A stretch of 64,000 nt of DNA from Deltaproteobacteria bacterium (GCA_022340465.1 JAJDNW010000006.1:7530-71529), one strand, 5' to 3'; positions 28,000 through 38,371 are shown, counted from the first letter of the stretch. The notes: generated from the sequence alone by a model not told the origin. Numbers and translations are program-made.

Positions 28000-28869
28000 A
28001 TGAAAGAGTTGGTCATTCTAAGCGGCAAGGGTGGAACCGGAAAGACGAGTCTGACGGCAGCTTTTGCCTCGATTGCCGAAAACAGCGTGCTTTGCGATGC
28101 GGATGTGGATGCCGCCGACCTGCACCTCCTGATGAACCCGGTCGTGCGGGAACGCATGGAATTTATGGGGGGCAACCTGGCCGCCATCGACCCCGGCAGA
28201 TGCTCTCAGTGCGGCCAGTGCATCGATCTCTGCCGCTTCGACGCCATTTCCAGCGATTTCGTGGTCGATGAAATCGACTGTGAAGGCTGCGGCGTCTGTG
28301 TCGATTTCTGCCCCGAGCAGGCCATCGATTTTCCAATCAACAAATGCGGCGAGTGGTATATTTCCGAGACCCGCTTCGGTCCCATGGTGCATGCGAGGCT
28401 GGGCATTGCCGAGGAGAATTCCGGAAAGCTCGTGACCCTCGTTCGGCAGGAGGCCGGCAAACTGGCTGAATCCACAAAGCGGGAGTTGATTATTACGGAC
28501 GGCCCCCCGGGTGTGGGTTGCCCGGTAATTGCTTCGGTGGGAGGGGCCACGGCCCTCCTGGTGGTCACGGAGCCGACGGTATCGGGAGTGCATGACATGC
28601 AGCGCCTGCTGGACCTCGCCGCTTATTTCAAGGTTCCCAGCATGGTTTGTGTGAACAAATACGACTTGAATCCGGAGCAGAGTGCGGCCATCAAGGAGCT
28701 GGCGGACGAAAAGGGCATACCGTATGTCGGTAACATCCCCTTCGATCCCCAGTTTGTCGAATCCATGGTTGCGGGCAAAACGGTTCTGGAGCATCGACCG
28801 GATGGTGAATTGGGCGCTATTGTCAAGCAAGTTTGGGCGAGTGTCCAGGGAGAAATGAACATTAACTGA
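28000..28869 (+). CDS. MinD/ParA-type P-loop ATPase with inserted 2x[4Fe-4S] ferredoxin domain (paralog)
   Basis: SGKGGTGKTS Walker A, CSQCGQCIDLCRF and CEGCGVCVDFCP, ITDGPPGVGCPV. ATG at 28000; the ORF-track GTG at 27982 is less likely. Confidence 0.85.
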   Translation: MKELVILSGKGGTGKTSLTAAFASIAENSVLCDADVDAADLHLLMNPVVRERMEFMGGNLAAIDPGRCSQCGQCIDLCRFDAISSDFVVDEIDCEGCGVCVDFCPEQAIDFPINKCGEWYISETRFGPMVHARLGIAEENSGKLVTLVRQEAGKLAESTKRELIITDGPPGVGCPVIASVGGATALLVVTEPTVSGVHDMQRLLDLAAYFKVPSMVCVNKYDLNPEQSAAIKELADEKGIPYVGNIPFDPQFVESMVAGKTVLEHRPDGELGAIVKQVWASVQGEMNIN

Positions 28870-28886
28870 CAGGGAGAATTGGATCT

Positions 28887-29279
28887 ATGCAAAACGGAAG
28901 GATAGCAGTCCCCTCGAACGGGGCAGGCGGCTTGGACGGTATGCGGGCAGGACACTTCGGACATTGTGATGTCTTTACCTGCATCGACGTCGAGGACGGT
29001 GAGATAAAGAATGTTTCCATTATTCAGAACGAGGAGCATGTTCAGGGCGGTTGCATGGTGCCGGTGAATCTTCTGGCAGGCCACAAGGTCAATGCCCTGA
29101 TTGTGGGGGGCATCGGCATGCGGCCGCTGATGGGTTTCAAACAGGTGGGCATCGACGTGTACCACGATGCCGTAAGACCGGAGATACGGCCGGTGGTGGA
29201 AGATCTGATCGCCGGCAATCTGCCGGAGATTCGCAGCGATCAGGTGTGCGGCGGCGGTGGCGGTCGTATGGCGTCTTAA
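28887..29279 (+). CDS. NifX/NifB-like (MTH1175-like) domain protein
   Basis: 130 aa. RIAVPSNG...HFGHCDVFT...LIVGGIGMRP pattern of the dinitrogenase FeMo-cofactor biosynthesis domain family. Confidence 0.8.
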   Translation: MQNGRIAVPSNGAGGLDGMRAGHFGHCDVFTCIDVEDGEIKNVSIIQNEEHVQGGCMVPVNLLAGHKVNALIVGGIGMRPLMGFKQVGIDVYHDAVRPEIRPVVEDLIAGNLPEIRSDQVCGGGGGRMAS

Positions 29280-29300
29280 TATGGAAGAGGGGAGCAGGAA

Positions 29301-29660
29301 ATGAAAATTGCCGTTACATCTCAGGGAACGGATTTAGATGCACAGGTTGACCCCAGGTTCGGCCGCGCCAAGTATATTCTGATTATCGACATGGACGATG
29401 GCAATCTGGAAGTTCTGGACAACGCCGAAAATGTGAACGCCTTCAAGGGGGCGGGCATTCAGGCGGCAGCTAGCGTGGGCGACAGGGGGGCTGACGTGTT
29501 GCTGACAGGTTACTGCGGTCCCAACGCGTTCAAGACCCTGGCCGCGGCCGGGGTCAAAGTGGCCAATGACGCTTCCGGAACGGTCAGGGAGGCGGTGGCG
29601 GCTTTCGAGGAGGGCCGGTTGACCATCGCCGACGGGGCCAATGTGGATGGCCATTGGTAA
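29301..29660 (+). CDS. NifX/NifB-like (MTH1175-like) domain protein
   Basis: 119 aa. KIAVTSQG...VDPRFGRAKYILIID...LLTGYCGPNAFKTL, the canonical form of this family. Confidence 0.8.
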   Translation: MKIAVTSQGTDLDAQVDPRFGRAKYILIIDMDDGNLEVLDNAENVNAFKGAGIQAAASVGDRGADVLLTGYCGPNAFKTLAAAGVKVANDASGTVREAVAAFEEGRLTIADGANVDGHW

Positions 29661-29859
29661 CAGACGGGCAGTAATGTCCCATAGGGGGAGTAGATGAGCT
29701 CATAGCTGCCAGGTCATCGTTCATGGCACGCTATCAGCTATGCGTTATGCGCTTTTTCCTCCTCGCCCCTGGGCCCCCATGCCTTCGGCTTTAGCGGAAG
29801 GTGATTGACTTTGATTATAAAACGTTATGAACCTCAACCTTGAGGTGAACCGTTTTCGA

Positions 29860-29922
29860 CACCACCGGCAGAAATCTTCCCTCTCTGGAAACCAAAGCCA
29901 GATTCCCTCGCTGCCGGTGGTG
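29860..29922. repeat. perfect 12-bp inverted repeat CACCACCGGCAG-N39-CTGCCGGTGGTG in a 414-nt non-coding gap
   Basis: Read directly. The 39-nt spacer contains a nested TCTGG/CCAGA pair. No convincing ORF spans it. Confidence 0.6.
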
Positions 29923-30073
29923 TTGAAGTCCTCGAGTCGTTTTTCGGTCGGGACGGTATCTTCCCCCCGGTTGTCGATCAACCTTCGTTTGGACTATAGG
30001 TTATTAAAATTGATTTGTTATTTTGCATCCTTGTGGTTCAAAATGCATCAGGAAAAATGTGGTGCAGGGAGGG

Positions 30074-30505
30074 ATGATGAACGACAGGGATTTTGATTTC
30101 TTTCGGGACCATTCGAGAAACTATCTCGAGATGGCCCTCACCAGGGATCGGCAGGAATCGATGGCCAACCCTGACGGCTACGGTCGACGAACCGGCGTCT
30201 GCGGGGACACCGTGGAAATATTCTTAAAGGTCGGGCAAGGCCGTGTGGAGAGCGTTTCCTACCAGTTGGACGGGTGCATCAACACGAATGCCTGCTGCAA
30301 CACCGTCGCCGTGATGGCCGAAGGGAAGAGCATCGACAGCGCCTGGGGCATTACGCCGGAAAAAGTGATCGATTTTCTGGGGACACTCCCGCCGGAGAAT
30401 GCCCACTGCGCCGAACTGGCTGTAGGGGCGTTGTACCTCGCGCTTGCCAACTGCAGGGAACTCGGCCGCCATCCCTGGAAAAAGGCATACAGCGTTCACC
30501 GGTGA
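30074..30505 (+). CDS. IscU/NifU-N-like Fe-S cluster scaffold protein
   Basis: GVCGDTVEIFL...VSYQLDGCINTNAC...NAHCAELAV: three-Cys scaffold pattern (C-G-D, internal C, H-C). ATG at 30074 after GCAGGGAGGG. Confidence 0.75.
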   Translation: MMNDRDFDFFRDHSRNYLEMALTRDRQESMANPDGYGRRTGVCGDTVEIFLKVGQGRVESVSYQLDGCINTNACCNTVAVMAEGKSIDSAWGITPEKVIDFLGTLPPENAHCAELAVGALYLALANCRELGRHPWKKAYSVHR

Positions 30506-30560
30506 CCTGCATCGGGAGCGATGCGTCGACCACGGCTGTAAATCAATCAAGGAGGGGAGC

Positions 30561-30914
30561 ATGGCGAATTTTTTGTTTGTGCTGAGTAAGGATGACAACC
30601 AAAAGGCGACGCGTTGTTTTCAGTTCGCCAAAATTGCCGCCGAGAAGGGGCATGACGTAAATTTGTTTTTCGTAGACGGCGGGGTTATGTGGGCCGACTC
30701 CACCAGGGATTTCAACACAGCGACCACCACCGGGGACTGCCCCAATGATTACCTGCCGTATATTGTGGAGAATGAAATCCCCATCGGCGTCTGAATCCCC
30801 TGTGCCAAGGCTCGTCAGGTTGACGAGAGCAATTTTTTCAGCAACATGGCACTGGATGGCGCCCCCCGTCTCATCGACCTTGCTGCGGAAGCAAGGGTGT
30901 TCAACTTTGACTGA
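30561..30914 (+). CDS. DsrE/DsrF-like protein, predicted selenoprotein (TGA 30792-30794 read as Sec)
   Basis: ATG after GGAGGGG. The DsrE-like fold sequence stops at ...ENEIPIGV-TGA, but the same frame stays open for 39 more codons (IPCAKARQVDESNFF...AEARVFNFD) to TGA at 30912, completing the family C-terminus and giving a U-I-P-C motif. Hairpin CTCGTCA-GGT-TGACGAG at 30811-30827. Confidence 0.7.
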
Positions 30915-30926
30915 TAAGGAGAGATC

Positions 30927-32282
30927 ATGAAAAAAGGAGAAAAGCTTGTCATCGTAGGGTGCAGTGGCTCAGGGGGGCCGGCTGCCATGCGCGCGCGCCA
31001 ATTGATGCCCGATATCGACATAACGGTCATCCGCAAGGAAAAGTGTTTCATCGTCAGGTGAGCGCTTCCGCATGTGGTGGCCGGTCTGGCTGCCGGGGAA
31101 TCGGTGATTATGCCCGACAAAATGCTTGAAAACGCCGGAATCAACGTTGTCAGAGACGAGGTGGACCAGGTGGATCCCAAGAGTCGACGCGTGATGACGA
31201 CCGGTGGTAAAACGTTTGCATATGACAAATTGTACCTGGCCATGGGGGCCAGCCCCTTTATTCCGCCCATCGAGGGAAAGGACCTGAAGGGGGTCGTGGC
31301 ATTGCGCGGCCTATCCGATGCTGAAAACATCAGAGCATACATGGCCGAAGAAAAACCCAGAAATATTATTTTCATCGGTGCGGGCTTTATCAGCATGGAA
31401 ATTGCCTCGCTGATAGCGCAACACATGCCCTATAACTACAACATCAAGGTGATCGAACTCATGGACCGGCCGCTTCCACTGATGCTGGATAAAGAGATGG
31501 CGGAACTGGTCCAGTCCTATCTTGAGAAAAAGGGGATCGGTGTCCTGACCGGGAAGAAGGTGGAAAAACTGACCGGGCAGAATGGGAAAATCGCTGCCGT
31601 GGAACTGGCTTCCGGTGAAAAATTCGCTGCGGACCTGGTGTTTATGAACGTGGGCGTACGGCCCAACGGTAAGCTCGCCATGGACATGGGCCTTGAAATG
31701 GGCCAGTTCGGCATCAAGGTGAACGCCTATCAGGAAACGTCGGACCCCCACATCCTGGCAGGAGGCGACTGCGTCGAAAAGATCAATTTCATTACCCAGA
31801 AGCCAACGCCGGGGCAGCTTCGCGGGCCGGCGGTGCTCCAGGGACGCCTGGCAGCCAAACGGCTGGCCGGGTTCGACATTCCCTTTCCGGGCGTCGTGGA
31901 CGCGGGCGGCTGCAAAATGTTCGATCTCACCATTACGGCCACCGGCCTTACCGAAGAACGCGCCGCCCAGGAGGGCATCGAAACCATTTGCTCCGTGGTC
32001 GATTCCCGCAGCAAGCACAACATGATACCGGGCACGCAACCATGGAAGATCAAATTGGTGTTCAACAAGCACAACCAGGAGCTGATCGGTGGACAGATCG
32101 TCAGCCGCGATGTGGGACCGGCAAGGGAAATCGATGCCGTTACCGCCTTTATCCTGGGCAGGAAGACCATTGCGGACCTGACCACGTTTACGTCCGCCTG
32201 CAATCCGGACATCTCGTCGGAACCGAGTGCCGAACCGATTACCATTGCGGCGGAACAAGCCCTGGGAAGACTGAGACCGTAA
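30927..32282 (+). CDS. CoA-disulfide reductase / NADH oxidase family flavoprotein, predicted selenoprotein (TGA 31059-31061 read as Sec)
   Basis: ATG at 30927 gives MKKGEKLVIVGCSGSGGPAAMRARQL...KCFIVR-TGA-ALPHVVAG in the same frame as the 402-aa ORF at 31074. The TGA aligns with the redox Cys of the SFANC(A/G)LPY motif. The GxGxxG FAD fold lies only upstream of the TGA. Hairpin GGTGGCC-GGTCT-GGCTGCC at 31076-31094. Confidence 0.75.
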
Positions 32283-32326
32283 CCTCGCCATATCTCAGAT
32301 CGGACCCCTGGCTTATTTAATGACGT

Positions 32327-32361
32327 ATCTCTACCCTGGTCCTTTGGGCCAGGGTAGAGAT
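32327..32361 (+). terminator. strong hairpin after the selenoprotein operon
   Basis: Perfect 13-bp stem ATCTCTACCCTGG-N9-CCAGGGTAGAGAT, 45 nt after the stop at 32282. No U-tract, so factor-independent termination is not certain. Confidence 0.5.
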
Positions 32362-32707
32362 AGTTGGCTGTGACGGTAATAGGGGTAATAAAATTCCAAA
32401 CACCAAATCCGAAATCTCATATTTGGGTTAACGTGTTTCTTGGGTTTATTGGGCTCATTGGGTTAGCGGTTTAACGACCCCAACCGTTCGTTTTTTTTAA
32501 CCGCAGACAATCGCGGACACAAAAAAACTCAACGAACACAACAAACGCAATGAACAACACGCTTACAGGGTGAAACCTGTGCCGAGCCCTGCGAGCGGGG
32601 GTATCTACGTGAACCTTATGGTTGCATAAACAGTCTGGCAAGCGTATATTGTAATTCACCCTTGGGCTGAGCGTTTCAAATAATAGGAATCGATTAAGGA
32701 GGCCGGC

Positions 32708-33730
32708 GTGTATGCATTGAATTTCGACCCCGCCATCTGTGAATCGTGCGACACCTGCGACTGCCTGATGAAGTGCCAGTACATGCACTTTGACCTTGCG
32801 GAGGCCAGGCAGGAGAAGGCCAACATCAACAACGGCGGGCCATCGCGGGTGTTGACCGAATGCGCCACTTGCTATGCCTGTGAAGAGTACTGCCCCAACG
32901 ACAACCATCCTTTTTACCTGATCGTCGAGCGCCAGGAAGCGTTGGGCATCCTGCCTTCGCCTGCGCCCATCACCCGCCAGCAGATTCTGATGATGAAGCC
33001 CAGGGGAACCATTATTCCGGAGAAGGTCAGCCCCCCGGTGATCGACATGTGCTATTTCCCCCCGCTGACCGCAGGCATAAAGGAACCGCTTTATGAAAAT
33101 CCATCCGTCATCGTGGGGAGTGATATCTTCTGCAACATCATGTGGCTGCATTTTGCCCGCAACTCCGTTATCAGAGAGCGGCTTCCCAGGGTCATAGACA
33201 ATATATGGCAGTATTATTTGCGGGACAGCGGTGTCGAGGAGCTGATCTGCTTTCACGACGAATGCTATGCAACCTTCAGCCACCTGGCGCCGGCATTTAA
33301 TATCGATGTGCCTTTTCGGCCTGTGCATGTGTTCGAGTATATAGCCGGCAGGCTGGAAACGCTGAAAGACAGGATTACGCCGCTCAATGCAAAGGTGGCC
33401 TACCAGCGCCCCTGCTCGAACCGGCTGATACCGGAAACGCAGCACTGGGTGGATGACATTTTTGAAAAAATAGGGGCTGAAAGGGTGGCGCGCAGGTACG
33501 ACCGGGAAAATGCGCTGTGCTGCGGTCAGGTTCTGAGGGCCCATCAAAGGGATGACACGGCCGACGACCTGCAGGCCCGCAACCTGGGCGATATGAAGGC
33601 GACGGGGGCGGCTTACTGCGTCTTCAACTGCCCCGCCTGCATGATGACCCTCGCGGAACCCGCCGCTGAACAGGGGTTGTTTCCCATTCACCTGAGTGAC
33701 CTCTGCCAACACGCACTGACGTCGTCATGA
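32708..33730 (+). CDS. HdrD-like Fe-S/CCG-domain oxidoreductase subunit
   Basis: 340 aa. CESCDTCDCLMKC and CATCYACEEYCP cluster motifs, followed by cysteine-rich CCG-type regions (NALCCG, FNCPACMMT). GTG start 6 nt after AAGGAGG. Confidence 0.75.
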   Translation: MYALNFDPAICESCDTCDCLMKCQYMHFDLAEARQEKANINNGGPSRVLTECATCYACEEYCPNDNHPFYLIVERQEALGILPSPAPITRQQILMMKPRGTIIPEKVSPPVIDMCYFPPLTAGIKEPLYENPSVIVGSDIFCNIMWLHFARNSVIRERLPRVIDNIWQYYLRDSGVEELICFHDECYATFSHLAPAFNIDVPFRPVHVFEYIAGRLETLKDRITPLNAKVAYQRPCSNRLIPETQHWVDDIFEKIGAERVARRYDRENALCCGQVLRAHQRDDTADDLQARNLGDMKATGAAYCVFNCPACMMTLAEPAAEQGLFPIHLSDLCQHALTSS

Positions 33731-33756
33731 CCGGGACGCAACAGGAGGGGAGGCCT

Positions 33757-35135
33757 ATGACCGAAATGTACGCTAGACTCGTGGAGATCGTCGGCTCGGG
33801 ATTCGTGTCCGATGCTCCGGAGGAAAAGTATATCTATGCCATGGATCCCGGAACCATGCCGGCCTGCGAACCGGACATGGTGGTCATGCCGGGGAGTACG
33901 GCCGAGGTCCGGAAGATCGTGCTGGCCGCCAATGAATTCCATGTGCCTCTGATTCCGCTGGGAGCGGGACTGGTGCTTTCAGGATTGTCCCGGGCCTTGA
34001 AAGGCGGCGTCATCGTGGACATGAAAAGGATGAACCGCATTCTGGAAGTCAATGCCGTGAGCCGTTATGCACTGGTGGAAGCAGGAACATCCCAGGGGAT
34101 GCTCAAGGCCCACCTGCAAAAGCACTATCCGGGCCTCAAGCATTCGATGCCGGATGCCCCTCCGGCTGCGACCATCGCAGGGAATATATGCATACACGGG
34201 TCCGGTCACCTCTCGCACGTGGGTGGATTTCATTCCGAGATGCTCAACGGTTTGGAAGTGGTGCTGCCCACCGGTGAAATTGTCAACATCGGTTCCTGCG
34301 CCACCTCCCCGTACTGGTTTGCCAGGGCCCCGCTGCCGGACCTGGCAGGGCTTTTTCTGGGATGGGCCGGAACGACGGGCATCATAACCAAGCTGTCCAT
34401 AAAGCTGTATCCCAACCATCCCATCAACGATGTGGGCGTGTTCGTCTGCGAGGATGCCGATCTTATGCCGGATATTTTGAACCGATTGACGGGTGCGCAG
34501 CTCGCGGAGGACATCACCACCTGGATGACGCCCAAACCGGACTGGGCCGAGGGCTTCCTGCATTGTAATGTCAATTACGGCGCCGGGTCCAAGGAGGAGC
34601 TCGTCTGGAAACGCAACTTGATTCGATCGGCGGTGGCCGGCTATATCGATGACAAGACCGGGGGCTTTCTGCCGCTGCCGGCGATGATGAAGAAGAGATT
34701 CCTGGAGGTTCCCGCCACGCAGCTTTCCCGGTTTGCGGACGTCCGCAAAGGCGGGGGGTTCGAATATGTGGGCGCCATCATGCCGGTGGAATTTTTCCCC
34801 GATGCCTATGCCTTAGGCCTGGAAGTCGCCCGCCAAACGGGCGTGAGCTACTCCATGGGCTGCCGTGTGGTCGGCGTCAATCACTGCATGATGTTTTTCT
34901 ATGCCTATGCCTTCAACCGGGCGGACGCCGCCGATGTGGCCAGGGCCCAGGAAGCGCTGGGGGAAACCAACAAGCGGGTCGTGGCGATGGGCGGTATTCC
35001 CTGGAAAGCCGAGGAACCCGCCCAGAAGGAGATTCTCAGCAAGATGGATCCCAACATGTTCGCCATGATGAACCGGGTGCGGGAGACACTGGATCCCAAC
35101 GGTATCATGAATCCCGGGAACTGGGAGGCTGGCGT

Positions 35136-35139
<4 letters not shown>
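33757..35139 (+). CDS. FAD-binding oxidoreductase (GlcD / D-lactate dehydrogenase-like, FAD_binding_4)
   Basis: VVMPGSTAEVRKIV...PLIPLGAGLVLSG FAD-binding PCMH pattern; C-terminal LDPNGIMNPG. ATG at 33757 after AGGAGGGG. Confidence 0.8.
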
Positions 35140-36308
<1,169 letters not shown>

Positions 36309-36654
36309 GAGGCCCTACCAATGTAAAAAATGACTGGTGGCGATAATAAGCTCATACATTATCTTGTATGTGCTAACCCATAATTTGTTCAAAATTTGGA
36401 TCAGCATGTAAATATCTACCGACTCGTTTTATCGTCAATATGTTGGCCTCCCCTAAGTGAAAGATACCATTGACAAGATATGGTAATCAACACCTCCGAC
36501 CGGCACTATCCGACAGTTACGTGATCCATTAATTTGGGGTATAATGGTAGAGCCCATACCATAGGCCGAGAATAATGCTATCATTTTGACCAGGAACCGA
36601 TCAAAGTCAATGACAGATGCCCGATAGGGCTGGTGCATTGGATTGGGCATATGT

Positions 36655-37308
36655 TCAAGTTTGCATAGGTATGACGTAATACAGAACGGCGAAGAAATGA
36701 AGGATGCTGCCAGCTAATACAAATATGTGCCAGACCGCATGATTAAATTTGAGGTTCTTCCAACGATAGAAAATAATTCCGGAGGTATAGGCGAGCCCGC
36801 CCAATAGGAGCAAAATGAGTCCGCCTGTAGCCACAGATGAAATTAGCGGTTTAATTGCCACCAGGACTGTCCAGCCCATTCCAATATATAATACCAGAGA
36901 CACTACCCGCCATCTCTCCATTCGGCCTATCTGAATAGCTGTACCGATAAACGCAAGGCACCATACAACAGCAAAAAGCGACCATCCCCATGGACCACGA
37001 AGATTCACGAGCGTAAAGGGAGTGTATGTGCCAGCAATAAGCATGTAAATGGCAGAGTGATCGAGGATCTGGAAAATATTTTTAGTCCGGGGATCCTGAA
37101 TGCTGTGGTAAAGGGTTGAAGCCGTGTAAAGGAGAATCAATGTAAAACCGTACACACTGACGCTGATAACATGCCAGGGATTGCCATAGATGCCGGCAAA
37201 GGTAGCGAGGATGCCTAAGGCACCAACCGCGAGAACAATGCCTATGCCATGGGTTATGCTGTTAGCGACCTCTTCTTTGATGCTATATCTCTTGGTGGTC
37301 GATTCCAT
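36655..37308 (-). CDS. hemolysin III / PAQR family membrane protein
   Basis: 217 aa, 7 TM. EEVANSITHGIG, DHSAIY, HAVWHIFVL conserved His/Asp motifs. Confidence 0.85.
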   Translation of the reverse strand: MESTTKRYSIKEEVANSITHGIGIVLAVGALGILATFAGIYGNPWHVISVSVYGFTLILLYTASTLYHSIQDPRTKNIFQILDHSAIYMLIAGTYTPFTLVNLRGPWGWSLFAVVWCLAFIGTAIQIGRMERWRVVSLVLYIGMGWTVLVAIKPLISSVATGGLILLLLGGLAYTSGIIFYRWKNLKFNHAVWHIFVLAGSILHFFAVLYYVIPMQT

Positions 37309-37643
37309 ATGCTTTGATGCTAATTCTATTTACCGTTAAAAAGATAATCACAGAGGTAACTTTTAGCCTGGAATCGCATCAAAGTGTTAGATTATTGTTT
37401 CGGTTACAATTGTTTTACAATGTGAAAAACTTAATGCTCCCATTATAACGAGAAAATCGGTTTTTAGCCGCATACAATATGTTGTGTATGTAATATTTTA
37501 AGGGGGTTAGGCCACTAAATCATAAAGTCCAAACGCATTAGAATTCTCCTAATTTGGCGTAATCTACATAAATGAAAGCGATAATCCAATTATCATTAGC
37601 GTTTGTAGTCTTTTCTTTTAAATATCAATTTATATTTATTCGC

Positions 37644-37672
37644 TTGCAAAAGTTAAAATACTGGCTTATATT
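37644..37672 (+). promoter_or_regulatory. candidate sigma-70 promoter of the toxin-antitoxin pair
   Basis: TTGCAA-N17-TATATT, 38 nt upstream of the ATG at 37710, in AT-rich DNA where such matches occur by chance. Confidence 0.3.
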
Positions 37673-37709
37673 CTTACCAGTAAAAACGTAATAATATTGG
37701 AGTAGAATA

Positions 37710-37973
37710 ATGCCAAGAATTGGAACTACCAAAATGTCTTCAAAAGGGCAGGTCGTAATACCAGAAGATATCAGGAACCAATTGAAGCTCAAAACTGGCG
37801 ATCAATTTGTCGTTGTTGGAGATAAAGACACGGTGGTTTTAAAGGCCATCTCACCACCACCCGTGGACGAATTCGAGTATTTATTGAAATATGCTCGTCA
37901 GCAAGCAAGAAAAGTGGGGCTGAAACGCTCAGATATTAAAAAGGCTGTTGCTAAGGTTCGGGGAAAGAATTGA
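37710..37973 (+). CDS. AbrB/MazE/SpoVT-family antitoxin
   Basis: 87 aa. SSKGQVVIPEDIRNQLKLKTGDQFVV looped-hinge-helix motif. Stop overlaps the toxin start. Confidence 0.8.
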   Translation: MPRIGTTKMSSKGQVVIPEDIRNQLKLKTGDQFVVVGDKDTVVLKAISPPPVDEFEYLLKYARQQARKVGLKRSDIKKAVAKVRGKN

Positions 37974-38371
37974 GAATCGTTCTCGATACCAATGTTTTTA
38001 TATCTGGTGTATTCTTCAGTGGGCCTCCTTATGATATTCTAAAGGCCTGGATAGATGAACGAATTCAGATAGTAATATCATCTGAGATTTTACAAGAATA
38101 TCAGCGCGTCGGTGAAGAACTCCAGTACCGATATCCTGAAATTAAAATAATACCCATCCTCAAGTCTTTTTCAAAAAATGCGATATTGATTTCAGCCCCT
38201 AGTTTGCCTCACCAGGTTTGTGTGGACCCTGATGATGATAAATTTCTTGCATGTGCCGTTGCAGGTAATGCAGAATTGATTATCAGTGGAGACAGGCATT
38301 TATTAGATATAAATGATTTTCAGAGTATCAAAATTATCAAACCCCGAATGTTTCTAGACGAATACCTATAA
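37970..38371 (+). CDS. PIN-domain toxin (putative ribonuclease)
   Basis: 133 aa. RIVLDTNVFISG (first acidic residue), ...DPDDDKFLACA, ...LISGDRHLL (PIN acidic quartet pattern). Confidence 0.8.
   Translation: MRIVLDTNVFISGVFFSGPPYDILKAWIDERIQIVISSEILQEYQRVGEELQYRYPEIKIIPILKSFSKNAILISAPSLPHQVCVDPDDDKFLACAVAGNAELIISGDRHLLDINDFQSIKIIKPRMFLDEYL

Noticed and set aside
30028-30045. TGGTTCAAAATGCAT upstream of the IscU-like gene as a sigma-54 promoter
   Set aside because: The GG to GC distance is 10 nt instead of the required 12. It fails the spacing rule.
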